Source: Blastocladiella emersonii ATCC 22665
Taxonomy: Eukaryota; Fungi; Blastocladiomycota
Reading direction: 5' to 3'
Length of the DNA: 64,000 nt
Assembly (NCBI GenBank): GCA_025594325.1
Contig: JANHCV010000003.1
Coordinates: 2,294,001 to 2,358,000, forward strand
The notes under the pieces were generated by a model. It searched no databases and was not told where the DNA came from. It worked only from the letters and a program-made list of their open reading frames with translations. This document shows, piece by piece, positions 33,530 through 46,190 of this stretch (position 1 is the stretch's first letter; each line of letters opens with the position of its first letter). A program made the position numbers and the translations under genes.

Positions 33530-34740
33530 TTCGCGCGCCGGACTAGTACCGTCAACAGATGCGCCAACGCGCTTTCGCGCCGCGCTGACTACAAGGCGCG
33601 CAACAACCCAACGCTTGGCCGCTTGATCTTCCCCGCCACGTCGCTCACGGTCGGCGCCACGCTTGGTACTCGACAGGCGACGGCGAAGAGGAGGAGGACG
33701 GCAGCCCGACCCGCGCGGCGATCCTGGACGGCATGCGCAACGACGAGTACGCGCAGGTGGTGCGGCGCAACCAGGCCAAGTACCTGCAGCTCGAGGTCGA
33801 CCTCGACGGGTTCGTCTGGCGCGAGGCCAAGCTGTATGTGCCCGCAGGCGTCACGCGCACGCGCGTGCTTGAGGAGGCGCACTCGGCGCGGGTCGCGGGT
33901 CATTTCGGCGTCGCGCGCACCATGAACCTGGTCAAGCGGTCGTACTGGTGGCCCGGGATGCGCCGCGAGGTCGGGCTGTTCGTCAAGTTGTGCCTCACCA
34001 CCTGCGCGCGGGCCAAGGTGCCGCGCCACCGACCTGACGGCGAGCTGCAGCTGCTGCCCACGCCGCCTCGGCCATGGTCGTCGATCTCCATGGACTTCAT
34101 CACGGACCCACCGCGCAGCAAGAACAACACGTGCATCGTGGTCGTGGTCGACCGGCACTCCAAGATGATGCACTCCATCCCGCTCGCTGCGATTCTGACG
34201 GCCACCACGACCGCCGAGGCCTTCATCCAGCACGCTGTGCGGCTGCACGGGCTCCCCACCGACATCGTTTCGGACCGTGGGTCGCAGTTCACGTCGCGGT
34301 TCTGGTCGGCCATGTGCGAGTCGCTCAAGATCAAGGCCAAGCTCTTGACAGCGTACCACTCGCAGACCGACGGGCAGACCGAGCGCATGAACCAGACCCT
34401 CGAGGTGTACCTGCGCATGGTTGTCAACAAGGACCAGACGAACTGGGTCGAGCTGCTGCCGTACGCCGAGATGGCCATCAACAACGCGCGCAACGAGTCG
34501 ACGGGCGAGACGCCATTCAAGGCCAACTATGACTTCGACCCGCGGCTGTCGGCGGCGACGGACCGGTCAGATCGGGTCCCGTTGGCCGCGGCGCTGGCCG
34601 AGCGCATCGCCGACATCCAGGGCCAGCTGCTCGAGAAGGTCGAGTGCATGAACTGCAGCAAATGTTGGACAGCGCCAAGCAGCTGTATAGGAAGCACGCC
34701 AACCGCTGGCCACTGTCGCCGCAAGAGACTCTAGTACAAG
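33530..34740 (+). mobile_element. Ty3/gypsy LTR-retrotransposon relic: RNase H tail and integrase
   Basis: NRCANALSRRADY (RNase H end); H2C2 domain AH...GHFG...YWWPGM...C...C; core WSSISMDFIT, VVVDRHSK, IVSDRGSQF, AYHSQTDGQTERMNQTLE; frameshift at ~34640; no RT or LTR found. Confidence 0.9.
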
Positions 34741-36175
34741 GTAAGCGACACGGGAGCACAGAGGCTTGCACGTCCGCGAGACGCGTTTCCTCATTGTGGA
34801 GACATAGAATCCCGCAGCATTGCTCACTCTCGCGTTGGCGCATGCGAGTGCGACTTGCCTGGTCGTCTCTCTACCCTCGACGCTCTTGATTTACGTGCAG
34901 GGAGCTCGGGGGCGCTCTGTCGCGTGAATGGAGCTCTACAATATAGAAGGAAACAGAGTAGCGTACTTGACAGGGAGGTGGAAGCTAAGCTGGATGCGCA
35001 GCCGTGACGATACAGAGAGGAACAGGATGTATCGACGACGGCTAGACTAGCAACTGAACAATCAAAGGAACCAAAGAGGAGGGGAGAAGCGGGGACGACT
35101 GGTCGAGATGAGCGGTGCGACGGTCGGGCGGGCGGCCGCTCCCCCGGGGCGGCGATCAAAACAGAACAAGTGGTCGGGATGACGCGATTCTCACGTGCAT
35201 CACGCGCGGCTGGTCCGAGACGCGTCTCGCACTCGGTCCCCGCGTGTGCGTGTACACTTGAACTTACAACAACCAGCGCGCGGTGCGTGACGCGACGATG
35301 GTCTTCACAACGCGTTCAACACGTTGCGCAGGTAATGTTTCATTGAGGAGCTCGCCACGATGGTAGGCCAAGATACCGGGCCGGGCCGTCATGATTGTGA
35401 CAAGATAGTTATGAGGCGCGGTTGCTCATCGCGATGGAGGTCTAGTCCACCCCCGCCGTTGCTTGTTGAAGGCCGTTGATCAATTTGAGAACCGATCTTG
35501 GATGGACGTGATGCGAGGCTATTGGACGTGCACGAGTTCGCACAGATGAGCGTAATCAAGAAGGTCAAACGAGAGGACACAAAGGTTCATGCGTAAGGAC
35601 GAAGTCACGCGCGACTGGCCATCACGGCGACCATCAACATGGTGCACCTGCGTTTGGCCGGCCGGGATCTTCTGTCTGTGCTAAACTCATCGGCACCCGA
35701 GGTACATCACACGTGTTCTTAAGGCGACGTAGACGTGACGGCTTGAGCTCGTATGACCTGAAAGTATGGCCGCGGCCGCGCGACGCGATCCCCACAAGAG
35801 GACTTAGTGAAACTGCTCACTGTGAAGCATATAGCATCCCAATACGTTCAACCATGTATCAGCGGAGTTTGGTGGGGTTTGGAAACGTTTTGACTGTCGG
35901 CGCCTAATTTATGAAGCTAAGGTCGAGACGCTCAATTTATGAAGCCAAGTCCCGCTCGCCAATTAGAAGGCTAACCCTCGGGCTTCGGGGATCGGCATCC
36001 GGAGGGTTCCAATCCGCGGAGGCGCACTCGCTTTTCCTGTCGCCGGCATTTCTCGACCATTTTCCGGCCGGCCCCAGCCAAAACGATCTCGGCGAGGAGG
36101 CGGCCGATCGACTCAGTTCCTTCAGGTCTTTTCTTGATCCTGGTAGGATCTTCTCGCCTATATTTTTTGTTTGCG

Positions 36176-39129
36176 ATGAGAGTGCCTGTAGGAGGCTGTA
36201 CAAACTACACAGGAGGGAAGTTTTCCCAGACGCTGTCGCCGACGGTGGCCGCAGTGAAACGCCGCAAGCCACACGGCGGCGCCACAGCGTCTGGTCCCGA
36301 GACTACCGTGCGGGTGCTGCGGGACAAGGGCCCGTTGCCCGACTCGCTCGTGGGCTCCGTCCTGCGGCCCGTCCAGCAGAACCACGCGGGTCCACCAGCG
36401 GGTCCACCGACCGACACGGACGGCGATGGCGACGGCGCCACGCGCCGTGCGCTGGTCAGTGCGCTGGTGCAGCCCGCCACGCCGTTCGGTCTGGTCCCGC
36501 TCCACGTCGCCGCCATCGTCCGCTCGCGCGCGTGGTTCCAGTACCTCGTCGCGCTCGCCCCCGTGCGCCGCGCTCCGCCCACCCCCTACGGCCCCGGTGG
36601 GCGGGTGCTTAACGCGAGCCTCACGGCCCGCGACACGCGCGGCTGGTCGTCGCTGCACTACTCCGTCCTCGCCGACGTGTACGACTGGAAGGTCTGGAAG
36701 AAGGCCAACCTGTCCGTGCCGCCGCAACGGGAGGGTGAGAGTGCTGGCGATGGAGCTGGTCAAGGTGAGCGGGCTCAACCACTCGAACTCGACTCTGAAG
36801 TGTGAAATCTAACCCCTTTCCGTGTTCCATCCTCGTAGCAGTCGAGCCCTTTGCGCCCGTCTTCACGCCGTGCCTCCTCGCCAAGCTCGGCGACACGGGC
36901 CTGCTCGCGTGCATGTCGCGGTCCACGTCGCCCGCCCAGCACACGCCGCTCGACCTCGCCGTCGTCTTCGACTGCCTGCCCGTCGTCTCGCTGCTCCTCG
37001 ACGCCCTCGAGCCCCACGGCGCGTCCGTGTACTCGGGCACCGTCGTCCCCGCGCTCGCCCGCTCGCCCTCGGTCCTCGCCGCCCTCCTCGGGCGCCCGTC
37101 CATTGCCACCGCCGTCAAGTCGCGTTACCTGTGGTTCGCGCATCTGCGCGGCTCAGTGACCATCATCACCCAGCTGCTGTACTGCTGGACCGACTGCAGC
37201 CTGTTTGATGGCATCGACGACCCGACCATCACGGCGGCCGCGCTTCAGCGGCTCGCGCCGCTCGCCAACACGTGCGTCACCGACGAGGAGCGCAAGCTGT
37301 TCCGCCTGCTCAACGAGGTCTTCAGCCTGCCCACGCCGGATGCCGACGGCGGCGAGGCGGCGCTGCCCGAGGCTACCGAGCCCGCTCCCGCTGTCGCTGC
37401 TGCCGCCGTGTACGAGCCGCCGTCGCCCGAAGTGGCCGATCCCGCTGTCGCTGCTGCTGCCTTGTGCGAGACGACGCAACTCGAAGCCGCCGAACCTGCT
37501 GCCGTCACCGCTACGCCCGCCGCCTGCGAGGTGCCGCTGTCCGAGCCCGCTGCCGCTACCACTACGCCCGCCGCGTGCGAGGTACCGCCACCTGAGGCTG
37601 CTGAGCCTGCTGTCGCCGCTACAACCACCACCATCATCACGGCCGCCGTGTGCGAGTCGCCGCTGCCCGAGTTTGCCGAGCCCGCCCTCGCCGTGTGTGA
37701 CGCACTGCCCGAGACTACGGAGCCTGCCGTCGCCGTGTGCAACGCGCCGCTCGAGTCCGCCGCCATCTCCGCACCCACTTCCCCACCGCTCAAGGCATGC
37801 TCCTCGCCCGCTCGCGCCGTCGCGCCCATGAACCAGCCGCGCGAGACCGTCTGGAACCTCCGCAACGACCAGCCGTTCACCGCCGAGGTCACCTCATCGC
37901 CGCCACACGCCAAGTCGGTCGATATCGCCGCCCCGGCCTCGCCCGTCACGGTGATGCGGGTCGAAATCTTCCCTGACACGGCTTCTCCGTGTGTTGGTCT
38001 CGCTGTTTCGCCGCCGTGCGACACCTACGATGCGTCCCCGCGCGACGCGTGTACCGGCACGCCGTGTGCGATGCGCCCTGCCTCGCCGCTCGCAATCCGT
38101 GCCGGCGGTCGTCGCTCGCGCAGTCCAAGCCCTACGCCGTCGTACCCCAACGAGTACGACTTCTCTCTAACCGGAACGTACGCGATTGCGCAAAACTGAC
38201 CCATCCCGCATCGCTTGACTAGGACCGAGTCGAACCCGCGAAAGCGCCAGCGCACCTCGACCACAACCTCGGCGCCGTCGACCTCGCCCGCCGTGTCGCG
38301 CGCGGCGCCGGACCACGTGGGCGACGCGCCTCGCGCCGAGATGGACTGCGACTTCATCCTGTCCAGTCCCGCTGCGACCACCAGCCCGGCTCGTAACTCA
38401 GCAGCCGCACCCGAACCCCGGCTCGACGCGCCTGCGCCTGAACGGCACCGTGCGCTCGAGCTCGACCTCGTACCCGCGCACCCGTCGCAGGTCCATCCAC
38501 TGCATGCTGCCCTCTCCGCGCCCGTGCCCCAGCAAGCGCCCCGCCCGATCCTCCCCGCTCACTCAGCACCCGCTCCACTCCCTGCTGCCCCCACGCATCC
38601 TCCACTCCCTGCACCTGCCGTGGCTGCACCACCCGCACCCGCCGCACCAGTCGCTGTCCCGCATCCGATTCGCGTGCGGCCGTGGTTCCGGTGCGAGTTC
38701 GACAACTGCGGCGCGCTGCTCGCAGTCGACGGATTCAGCAAGCACATGACCGACCACTTTACGCTTCCCGGCGACGATCCCTTGATGTGCATTGGATGCG
38801 TCCCCAGCAACCACTTCAACGACCTCAAGCATTTGCGCAACCACATCACCCGCGCGCACTTCTTCCTCGTGTGCAACCAGTGTGGCGCCTCGTTTGGGTC
38901 GAGGAAGTCCGCCCTGGGACACGAGCTCGTTGGGTGCCCGAGTATCTCGCACACGGAGCTCACGCGGCTGCCCCTGCCGCCCGTGCACCAGCACCGCGGC
39001 CTCGTCCAGGATCAGACGCAGCAGCAGCTCGTCGCGCTCAGCAGCGACGCGGCCAGCGCGTGGTCGGGCGTGGAGGACGGGATGCAGGTCGACCCGTACT
39101 CTGGAGCAGATAATGAATACCGGCCCTGA
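36176..39129 (+). CDS. Ankyrin-repeat / tandem-repeat / triple C2H2 zinc-finger protein (~944 aa), 3 exons
   Basis: join(36176..36764, 36839..38177, 38223..39129) is one open frame; ankyrin motifs GLVPLHVAA, RGWSSLHYSV, HTPLDLAV; fingers CEFDNC..H..DH, CIGC..H...H, CNQC..H...C. Confidence 0.8.
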
Positions 39130-39810
39130 ATCTTGTGGCCTTCCGTATCCCTCTGACTTGAATCACTTGAAGCGGGAGCGAACTTTGAGCGATCCGTTGA
39201 AGCGAGCTCGCGACGGCCGGCCTTGGATCACGGTTGCCTTGACGAAACAGTTTGGGTCCAAGTTGCGCAAACTGTTCCTGTGGATCTCGACGGGGCGGGC
39301 TCGCCGCGGGGTGAGATGATCGGGGAGTGCGATCACTGCTTGTACTTGAGACTTAAGTGCGGGGTGACATTAGGAGGTACGAGGGGAAGAGCGAATGATT
39401 CTGAGCGTAAGAAAAATTCTTCAGTGCGTAAATACGCGATGGATGACCATGGCCACGACCATGGCCATCCAACCACAGACGTTCGCGTCGCGCGAGCCGT
39501 CAAAACGGCAATACTTTCTAAACTTGAGCATGCAGGAAGCTAAAGGCTCCATCGGCGAATGAAGCGATGCTTCCCCGGCGGAGTTCAGAAAGTGGGAGAG
39601 TTGAGAGCGACATCGGCGCGGCGCGTGACGCGATCTCATCATCTTGCGACGCCCGAGCCATAAAGGCGGCGACGTTTTCCAGGGCTGAACATAAAGGAGG
39701 CTAACGAACACGCCCGAAAACAGGTTATACGCTTTTCCGGTGGAGATCAGTAAACACAGAAGAGTTGGAGAGTCAACAGCTGCTGGCCACGACCGTGGCC
39801 ATCGATTAAG

Positions 39811-42247
39811 TCACGCTGACAATCAACAACACGACCGTTCCAAGAGATGAATATAAACTATATTATATTCTTGTTGATAATACGACACGTTTAAGCAGCG
39901 CAGACGCCCTTGGGACTCGCAATGGCGCGCTGGAAGGCGGGCATGGAGACGAGCGAACCCGTGTTGGCGGACGTGCCTGACCGCGCGGTGCACCCGCCGT
40001 TGGTGTGGATGCCCACGGCGACGTCTCCGACACTAATTACCGCGCCGCTGCAGCCGCCCTCAGTGTCAATACGGTGACGCACGTGGAAGCGGTCGGGCAG
40101 CGACACGACCTTGCCGTCGGCCTCCTGCTGCACCTGCGACATTTGCTTGCGCGCCTGCGACGTGACGAAGCCGTAGCCGTAGATCTTGACGGCGTCGCCC
40201 GCCTTGACCGCGTTGGCCGCGTCGAGGTTGCCCGTCGCGGCGTCGACCTTGGCCAGCGTGTACGCCTTGTTGCCGATCGTCTCGCGGTGCGTCATGCCCG
40301 TGTTCGGGTTTGGGAAGGTCCCGAAATACGCCCAGTCCTCGGCGGCCTCGCCCCCGCTGAGCGGCGTCAGGTTGAACTGCACCGACTTGGTGTCGACGGC
40401 AAACTGGAACTTGGGGTGCGGGTGGCGCAGGATGGCCGTGCGCTGGCCCGCGGTCGTGATGACCGCCGACTGCGGCACGTTGACCTGGATGATCTGGTCC
40501 TCGAGCTCCTTGCCCTGGAAGCAGTGGCCCGCCGTGACGTGGCACCCGTTCTTGTCCGTGATGGTCCAGGCGCTGCAACCTACGGGGAAAATTCGCGTGG
40601 ACCGCGGGTCCGACGACGCCTTGCGCTCGTCGGCGGCCGTGCACAGCGACGCGGGCGGCGGCAGCTGCGCCTTGTTGGACCCGAACCCGGTCTGCGTGTT
40701 GGTCTCGAGCTGCGACACGATCACCGACGGCTTTTCCTTGGGATCCGTGTTCGGGTCGGCGAGCAGCTCGATCTTGAGCTTGCCGCCGTTGAAGACGGCC
40801 GACCGGAAGTTCCACTGCGCGATGGACTCGAAGTTGAGGAACTGCACCGCGCCGTCGGCCAGCGACGTGATGCGCAGAATGTCGCCCGGCAGGTCCTCGC
40901 CGAACCCGGGAAAGTCGACGCGGATAAAGTTCTCGCGCAGCTTGGTCTGCGCCTTGTCAAAGTGCAGGCGCGACCAGAAGATGTTCTTGGCGCCCGGCTG
41001 GACCTGGGCCACGTCGATGGTCTGCTCGAACACGACGACGTGTCCGTTGCGCGTCACGGGCGTGGGCGTGCCCGACGGCGTTGTTGGTGGTGCGGCACTG
41101 GTTGTTGAGGTGGGAGGACGCGCGGGCGGCTGGCCGGGGAACACGATGCCGCCGTCATTCCCGTTGTTCTGGTCGCCGGGGAACGCGATCGCGCCGTCGT
41201 CGGCCTTGGCCTTGCGTGCAGGCGGGGCCGCCGCGGTCGGGTTACGCGTGGTGGTCGTGGCGGGCGGCGCGGCCTTGCGCGCGGGAGCACGCTGGCCGGG
41301 GAAGACGATCGAGCCGTCGTCGTTGGGGAACACGATGGCGCCGCCGTTGTTGTTGTTGTTGGCCTTGGGGCGGCGGTTGACGACCTCCTCGACGGCGGCG
41401 AGCGACGGAGCCGTCGTGCTCGCGCCGCGCAGGGCAGCAGCGGACGCGGTGCCGGTCGCGGCGGTGCTCGAGGCCGGCGGGGCCGATGCCGTTGCGGTGG
41501 CCGCCGAGGTGGAAGCGGGCGCGGTCGCCGTGGCGGTGCCGTTGCCCGGCTGGCGACCGGCGCCGGGCGGGAGCTGCACGTCAATGTTGGCCTTGCCGAA
41601 CGACACCTTGATGAACTCTCGGGCCTCGGGGACCAGCAGCGGTGACGCCTCGTTGGCGGCGGGCGCGGCTTGGGTCGCGGGCGAGGTGGCGAGGGCGGCG
41701 AGGACGAGCGTCGCCACGGCCACGGCCGTGAGGCGGCCGATGCGCGGGCGGCGGTGCGAATAGGTGGACGAGGTCATGATGCTGATTGAGGTGATGGCTT
41801 CTAACAGTCGATATTGGGGAGTGTATGTGTAGGGCAGCGACGATCTACGTCGGTAGGTGCGGATCACTCTGGAGGGACGCGGGTCGCGCGCGGTTCTTAT
41901 ACGCCCCGCGCTCCTCCCTCAGGGCTGCACGACCCAACAAGTCGGAACTTGCATCGCGTGCGAGTCGACAGCAGCGAGACAGGAATAACAACCGTTCACG
42001 TAACGCCAGGTCCCGAAAGCCGCCTGTGAGCGGGAAACGAGCCGCGATCGGATGCTGGCGTTTCGCTCCTTCCATTTCTCTGAGACGCGACGCGGCGGGC
42101 TGGCGCGGCGCCGAGGCAGCTGCTGAGACGCGTATCAGCGGCTCGAGTGTGGTTCAGGATCGGCGCCGGCGCGGGGCGTTGTGGCGGTCACAGGGCGCCG
42201 AGGTGGCGCAGCTCTGGGGCTCGAGGGCGCAGCCACACCGGCTCGCG
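39811..42247. repeat. Left arm of large inverted repeat (2437 bp)
   Basis: Mirror of 46608-49044 (coordinates sum to 88855); mirrored ORFs in all frames translate identically; spot-checked bases identical. Confidence 0.95.
39891..41777 (-). CDS. Secreted trypsin-like (S1, bacterial-type) serine protease, copy 1, 628 aa, intronless
   Basis: Signal peptide (LTAVAVATLVLAALA); low-complexity pro-region with 4 G(A/S/G)I(V/A)FP repeats; triad TAGHC / DWAY / DTEGGCSG; GIHTNGGC. Confidence 0.88.
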   Translation of the reverse strand: MTSSTYSHRRPRIGRLTAVAVATLVLAALATSPATQAAPAANEASPLLVPEAREFIKVSFGKANIDVQLPPGAGRQPGNGTATATAPASTSAATATASAPPASSTAATGTASAAALRGASTTAPSLAAVEEVVNRRPKANNNNNGGAIVFPNDDGSIVFPGQRAPARKAAPPATTTTRNPTAAAPPARKAKADDGAIAFPGDQNNGNDGGIVFPGQPPARPPTSTTSAAPPTTPSGTPTPVTRNGHVVVFEQTIDVAQVQPGAKNIFWSRLHFDKAQTKLRENFIRVDFPGFGEDLPGDILRITSLADGAVQFLNFESIAQWNFRSAVFNGGKLKIELLADPNTDPKEKPSVIVSQLETNTQTGFGSNKAQLPPPASLCTAADERKASSDPRSTRIFPVGCSAWTITDKNGCHVTAGHCFQGKELEDQIIQVNVPQSAVITTAGQRTAILRHPHPKFQFAVDTKSVQFNLTPLSGGEAAEDWAYFGTFPNPNTGMTHRETIGNKAYTLAKVDAATGNLDAANAVKAGDAVKIYGYGFVTSQARKQMSQVQQEADGKVVSLPDRFHVRHRIDTEGGCSGAVISVGDVAVGIHTNGGCTARSGTSANTGSLVSMPAFQRAIASPKGVCAA

Positions 42248-42812
42248 GCTCGCGCTTCGCAGCCGCGGACTCGGACTCGGACTCGGCTCCTGGTGAGATC
42301 CAAGCGACGGCGAGACTGCAACGCGAAAGCGGAGGGTGCGGAGAACGACGCCCAAGGCTGCGTGCCACCGTGAGGCATGAGTTCGCGAGTCAGCATCGCC
42401 ATTTTCTGATCCGGCGGGCCTTGGCTTGGCTTCACCAGGTCGTGCACGTTCTGTTGAGCGTCCCACTCGCTGCGAAGCGAGGTCTGGTGCTTCGCTCGCG
42501 GTGTCGCGCGGGTTGCCTCACGCGTTCGGATATCACGCTAGCGTCACCTGATCGTCTCAGCTGTGGCGCAACGCGCTTTCGTCGCACGCTGGCTCCGGCG
42601 ACCGGGGAGGAGCCCGCAACGCGCAGCATGTATCCCGGACGTCAATGACTTGATATGGCCTTCTGAGAAGTGAAGCTCGAACGAGGTTCCGACCTTCAGA
42701 GGCGACGACGCGCAACGCGACACGCGATAACTTCTTCAAGCTCTGCCCGAGGAAAGACGCTGTGCACACACACAAAGTTGTTGATCTATTGAACGCAAGG
42801 TTCATCGTCTAT

Positions 42813-44159
42813 CTACACCTCAAGCGCCGGCGCCGTCGGCTTGCTCTGCGGCTGTACCTTGGCCGCCTCCACCTCGGCCTTGCGGCGGCGCTCGGCGCGC
42901 ACGCTGTACACGGTGCCAACCAGGATTAGGAAGAGCGTGGCAAACATTGGCGACCACCACCACCGGTAGGTCCCGAATGCGCCGAGGTAGGGCGCAGCGA
43001 GGTGGTCCGGCGTGATCGGGGTGAACATCATGTCCTTGGCGACCATGGGCACGGCGCTCGCGTGCACCTCCGCGAGGCACGTCTTGTCGGGCCCGCAGTT
43101 GGCCGACAGGACGCACTCGGCGTTGCTGGAGCACGAGTCGCCGGAAAACTTGCCCGCCTGGAACGTGCCCGTCTTGCCGCCGCCGCTCGCGACGCACCGA
43201 CCGAGCGTCGCGTGCCCGTTGAGGTCGCCGCCCTTCTTGCCGCCGAGCACCTCGAGCTTGGCCATGGTGCGGTACGAGAGAACGGGGAACGGGTGCTGCG
43301 CGGCCTCGTCCGACTTGCGGAACGCGTTGAGCGGCTCCCCGACGTCGAGGCGGCGCGTCACGTCGAGGTCCGGGTTCTTGGCCGACCACGCGAGCTTGCC
43401 CGCCGTGACCCACCGCTCATCGGCGTCGATGACCCACCCGTCAGCGACCGCGAGCTTGCCCGAGTCGTATGCGGTCGCATCACACGGCGCACCGATGGGA
43501 AGCGACGGCATGCAGATCCCGACGCGTAGCTTCTTGTCGGCGGGGCGCACCGTGACGTTGGCGAGCGAGGCGGGGACGGGCAGCTTGGCCGACTCGAGGT
43601 AGCCGCGGTAGACGGCGAGCCCAAGCGGCGTGATGTCGCCGTTGTTGCTCAGCTCGTCGAGGTTGGGCGGCGCCTCGAGGTGCAGCTTCGGGTACACGCC
43701 GCGCGCGGCGAGGGCCGGGTGGTCGACGGGCACGCACACGTCGGACAGCGCCGTGGCCGTGAGGAGCGAGCAGTGGCGCAGCATGCAGTCGAGCTCGACG
43801 CTGGGCGACTTGCCGCGGGTATCTGCGCAGTGCCGCTTGCCGCACTCGGTGCGGGCCGACTCGAGCGTCATGGGCGGCATGCGGTTGCTGGTGCGCGGGC
43901 GCTCGCCGAGATCGCAGCCGAACCCGTCGAGCTGGCCGGAGCCGGGCGTCGTCGGGTCGATCAGGCACAGGTTCGGGAAGTTGGCGCTCGGGGACAGCGT
44001 CGCGGACTCGGCGTCGCCAGCGGCAGCGCTCGCGGCGGGCTCGATCCCGGGGAAGACGCCCGTGGCGAGCGTGTCGTTACTCGTGTAGACGAACGACACG
44101 TTCCGCAGGCGCAGGTCGTCCTTGAAGACCTTGATGGCGGCGCTGTACTGCTCGGCCAT
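42813..44159 (-). CDS. Cys-rich single-pass membrane protein, 448 aa; paralog of 17745-19557
   Basis: CVPVDHPALAARGV, GICMPSLPIGAPC, GDSCSSNAECVLSANC; C-terminal TM MFATLFLILVGTVYSV followed by basic residues. Confidence 0.8.
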   Translation of the reverse strand: MAEQYSAAIKVFKDDLRLRNVSFVYTSNDTLATGVFPGIEPAASAAAGDAESATLSPSANFPNLCLIDPTTPGSGQLDGFGCDLGERPRTSNRMPPMTLESARTECGKRHCADTRGKSPSVELDCMLRHCSLLTATALSDVCVPVDHPALAARGVYPKLHLEAPPNLDELSNNGDITPLGLAVYRGYLESAKLPVPASLANVTVRPADKKLRVGICMPSLPIGAPCDATAYDSGKLAVADGWVIDADERWVTAGKLAWSAKNPDLDVTRRLDVGEPLNAFRKSDEAAQHPFPVLSYRTMAKLEVLGGKKGGDLNGHATLGRCVASGGGKTGTFQAGKFSGDSCSSNAECVLSANCGPDKTCLAEVHASAVPMVAKDMMFTPITPDHLAAPYLGAFGTYRWWWSPMFATLFLILVGTVYSVRAERRRKAEVEAAKVQPQSKPTAPALEV

Positions 44160-44476
44160 GTTGATGCGTTGCACTCAGGAGGTTCCGGGTGGAGACTGAG
44201 CGGGACGGGACACGCTCCTCTTTGTACATAGGGCGAGCGAACGCGACGATGGCCGAGGTCGCCCTCGCAGGAGACCCAGGCACTTCGCTTCGCGTGAAAC
44301 AAGGCAGAGTACGCCACGGCGCCACACGGCGCCCGACGACGCCACAGCGCAGGCGAGCGTGTGTTTCCTCGCGCGAGCGTGATGGGGCAGCTGATCTCCT
44401 CTCACTCTCCCACTCGCGCCGCATGGGCCCATGTCACTTTATGATCAATGCATGCTGCGACCCACACGATCCAGCA

Positions 44477-46190
44477 TCACACGAACCGCGACGTCAGCGC
44501 GAGCGAGACGGCGAACACGAGGCCGAGCGTGCCCGCGAGCCACCACAGCCAGAGGTTGAGTTTGCTGCTGCCGTTTCCGCGCTCGGGTCGCACGTCCGAC
44601 CCGTCGGCGTTTGACTGGTCGTTCTCCTCGAACGGGCGCTGCGGGTCCCACCGCATCGCAAAGGCGAACTGGCGCAGCGCTGCGCGGAGCGCGCCGTCGT
44701 CGTCGTGTTGAGCGGGACCCTCGCTGGCGCCGTCGGCGAGCACGAACTTGGCCATGAGCTTGCGGTACACCTTCTGGTACCGGTTGTACAGGCCCGCCTG
44801 CATCGCGGGCGAGTAGTCCCACAGCCACGCAAAGATGGCGGAGATGAACCACAGGCGCGCGCGGAACACGGCGATCCGGAGCTCGGACGGGCGCGCGATG
44901 CCGAGCGTCGAGGCAAAGTCGTTGCCGAGGTACAGGTGCGCCGAGGCCTCGGAGCCGGCCTTGCTGCGGTACGCGGGCGGCTGGTTGACACGGCCCTCGA
45001 CCAGGCTGGCCGCCAGCGTGCGCGACGTCTCCGTCACATGGTACTGGTGGAGGCCGAGCGCGAGGCGCGCGCGGACCGCGTGCTCGACGGGATCTACGCC
45101 GGGCGGCGGCGGGGCAAGCGTGCCCGCGACGTATGGGCGCTCGGCGGCCGCAGCCGGAGCGAGCGCGTTGTACTCGGTCTTGACGCCGAGCAAGTAGAGA
45201 ATGTACGCCCACGTGTGGAGGTAGTCGACCTTGCGCTCGTGCGGCACGTCGAAGCCAAACTTCTTGAGGCCCTCGAGGATCTTGACCGAGAACGTGATCC
45301 CCGTGAGGAACATGTCGGGCTGGTTCACGGCGGTGCCGTACAGCGCCGCGTCGTACTTGGGCGAGTCGCGGAGCCGATGGCGAACTAGAGCAGGATCGAG
45401 ATGGCGGGTGAGTGACCATGGTCGTGCGAGACTGATCGACCGCCGTACCTAGAGCGTGCAAGGATCGGACGTTGACGACGTTGAGCCAGCCCTCTCCGAA
45501 CGGAGAGATGGACTCGACGCTTGCCAGGGCGGTGAAGACCATGTGCGAGGTCTCGGCGAGGCGCCGCATGACCGTGTTCTTGCGGCGACTCGTGAGGTAG
45601 CCCGTGGCGACCAGCACCTGGTTGATCGAATCGGCCGCGTAGCCGCCGAGGAGAGAGTACGAGCTGAGCGTCTCGGCGTTGAGGATAAAGTACTTCCAGT
45701 AGAGAGACTGGCCGCGCGCGACCGAGGCCCAGTCGACCCAGCTCGGGACGGTGGTGACGGCGCGCCAGAAAGCCATGACGGCGTCTCGATCAGCGGGAGA
45801 CATGGTGCCAAGGTTGAGCGGCGGCACCGTCTTGTTGTTCTCGTCGGCTCCGGTCGAGGCCTTGGGGACGGCAGCAGGATCGAGTGCAGCAACGACACGC
45901 ATCAGGAAGCTCGCCATGTTGTGAGGTGCGAAAGCGACCGCGGGCGTTGCCTGTGGATCGGAACCCTTGCACGCTTCAAGCGCCTTGTGGAGGCGGAGCA
46001 ACGCAGCGAGAGCCGCATCGGCCAGATCATCGCCCTCGGAGCGGATCGACTCAAGGAACTCGAGCGAGGGGAACTCGGCGGTCGACCACTTGAACGTGAA
46101 GGCACCGACAACGCTGACACGTTCGCCGTCGGCGGGGCTGACGACGCGGCGCGACGCCTTGAACAACGAGGCGCTTTCATTCGAGTTCAT
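44477..46190 (-). CDS. ER-bound oxygenase MpaB / rubber-oxygenase-like (DUF2236) protein, 549 aa, 2 exons
   Basis: join(46190..45449, 45384..44477), 64-bp intron; GDDLADA, PSWVDW...RGQ, SLLGGYA, RRLAET, VRSLHALVR, VNQPDM, DYLHTWAYI..LLGV; C-terminal TM anchor. Confidence 0.85.

Noticed and set aside
34740-35900. LTR or DIRS-type terminal repeats for the gypsy relic
   Set aside because: Only short gagacgcgt / tcgcactc matches; no paired direct repeat, PPT+TG...CA or TSD.
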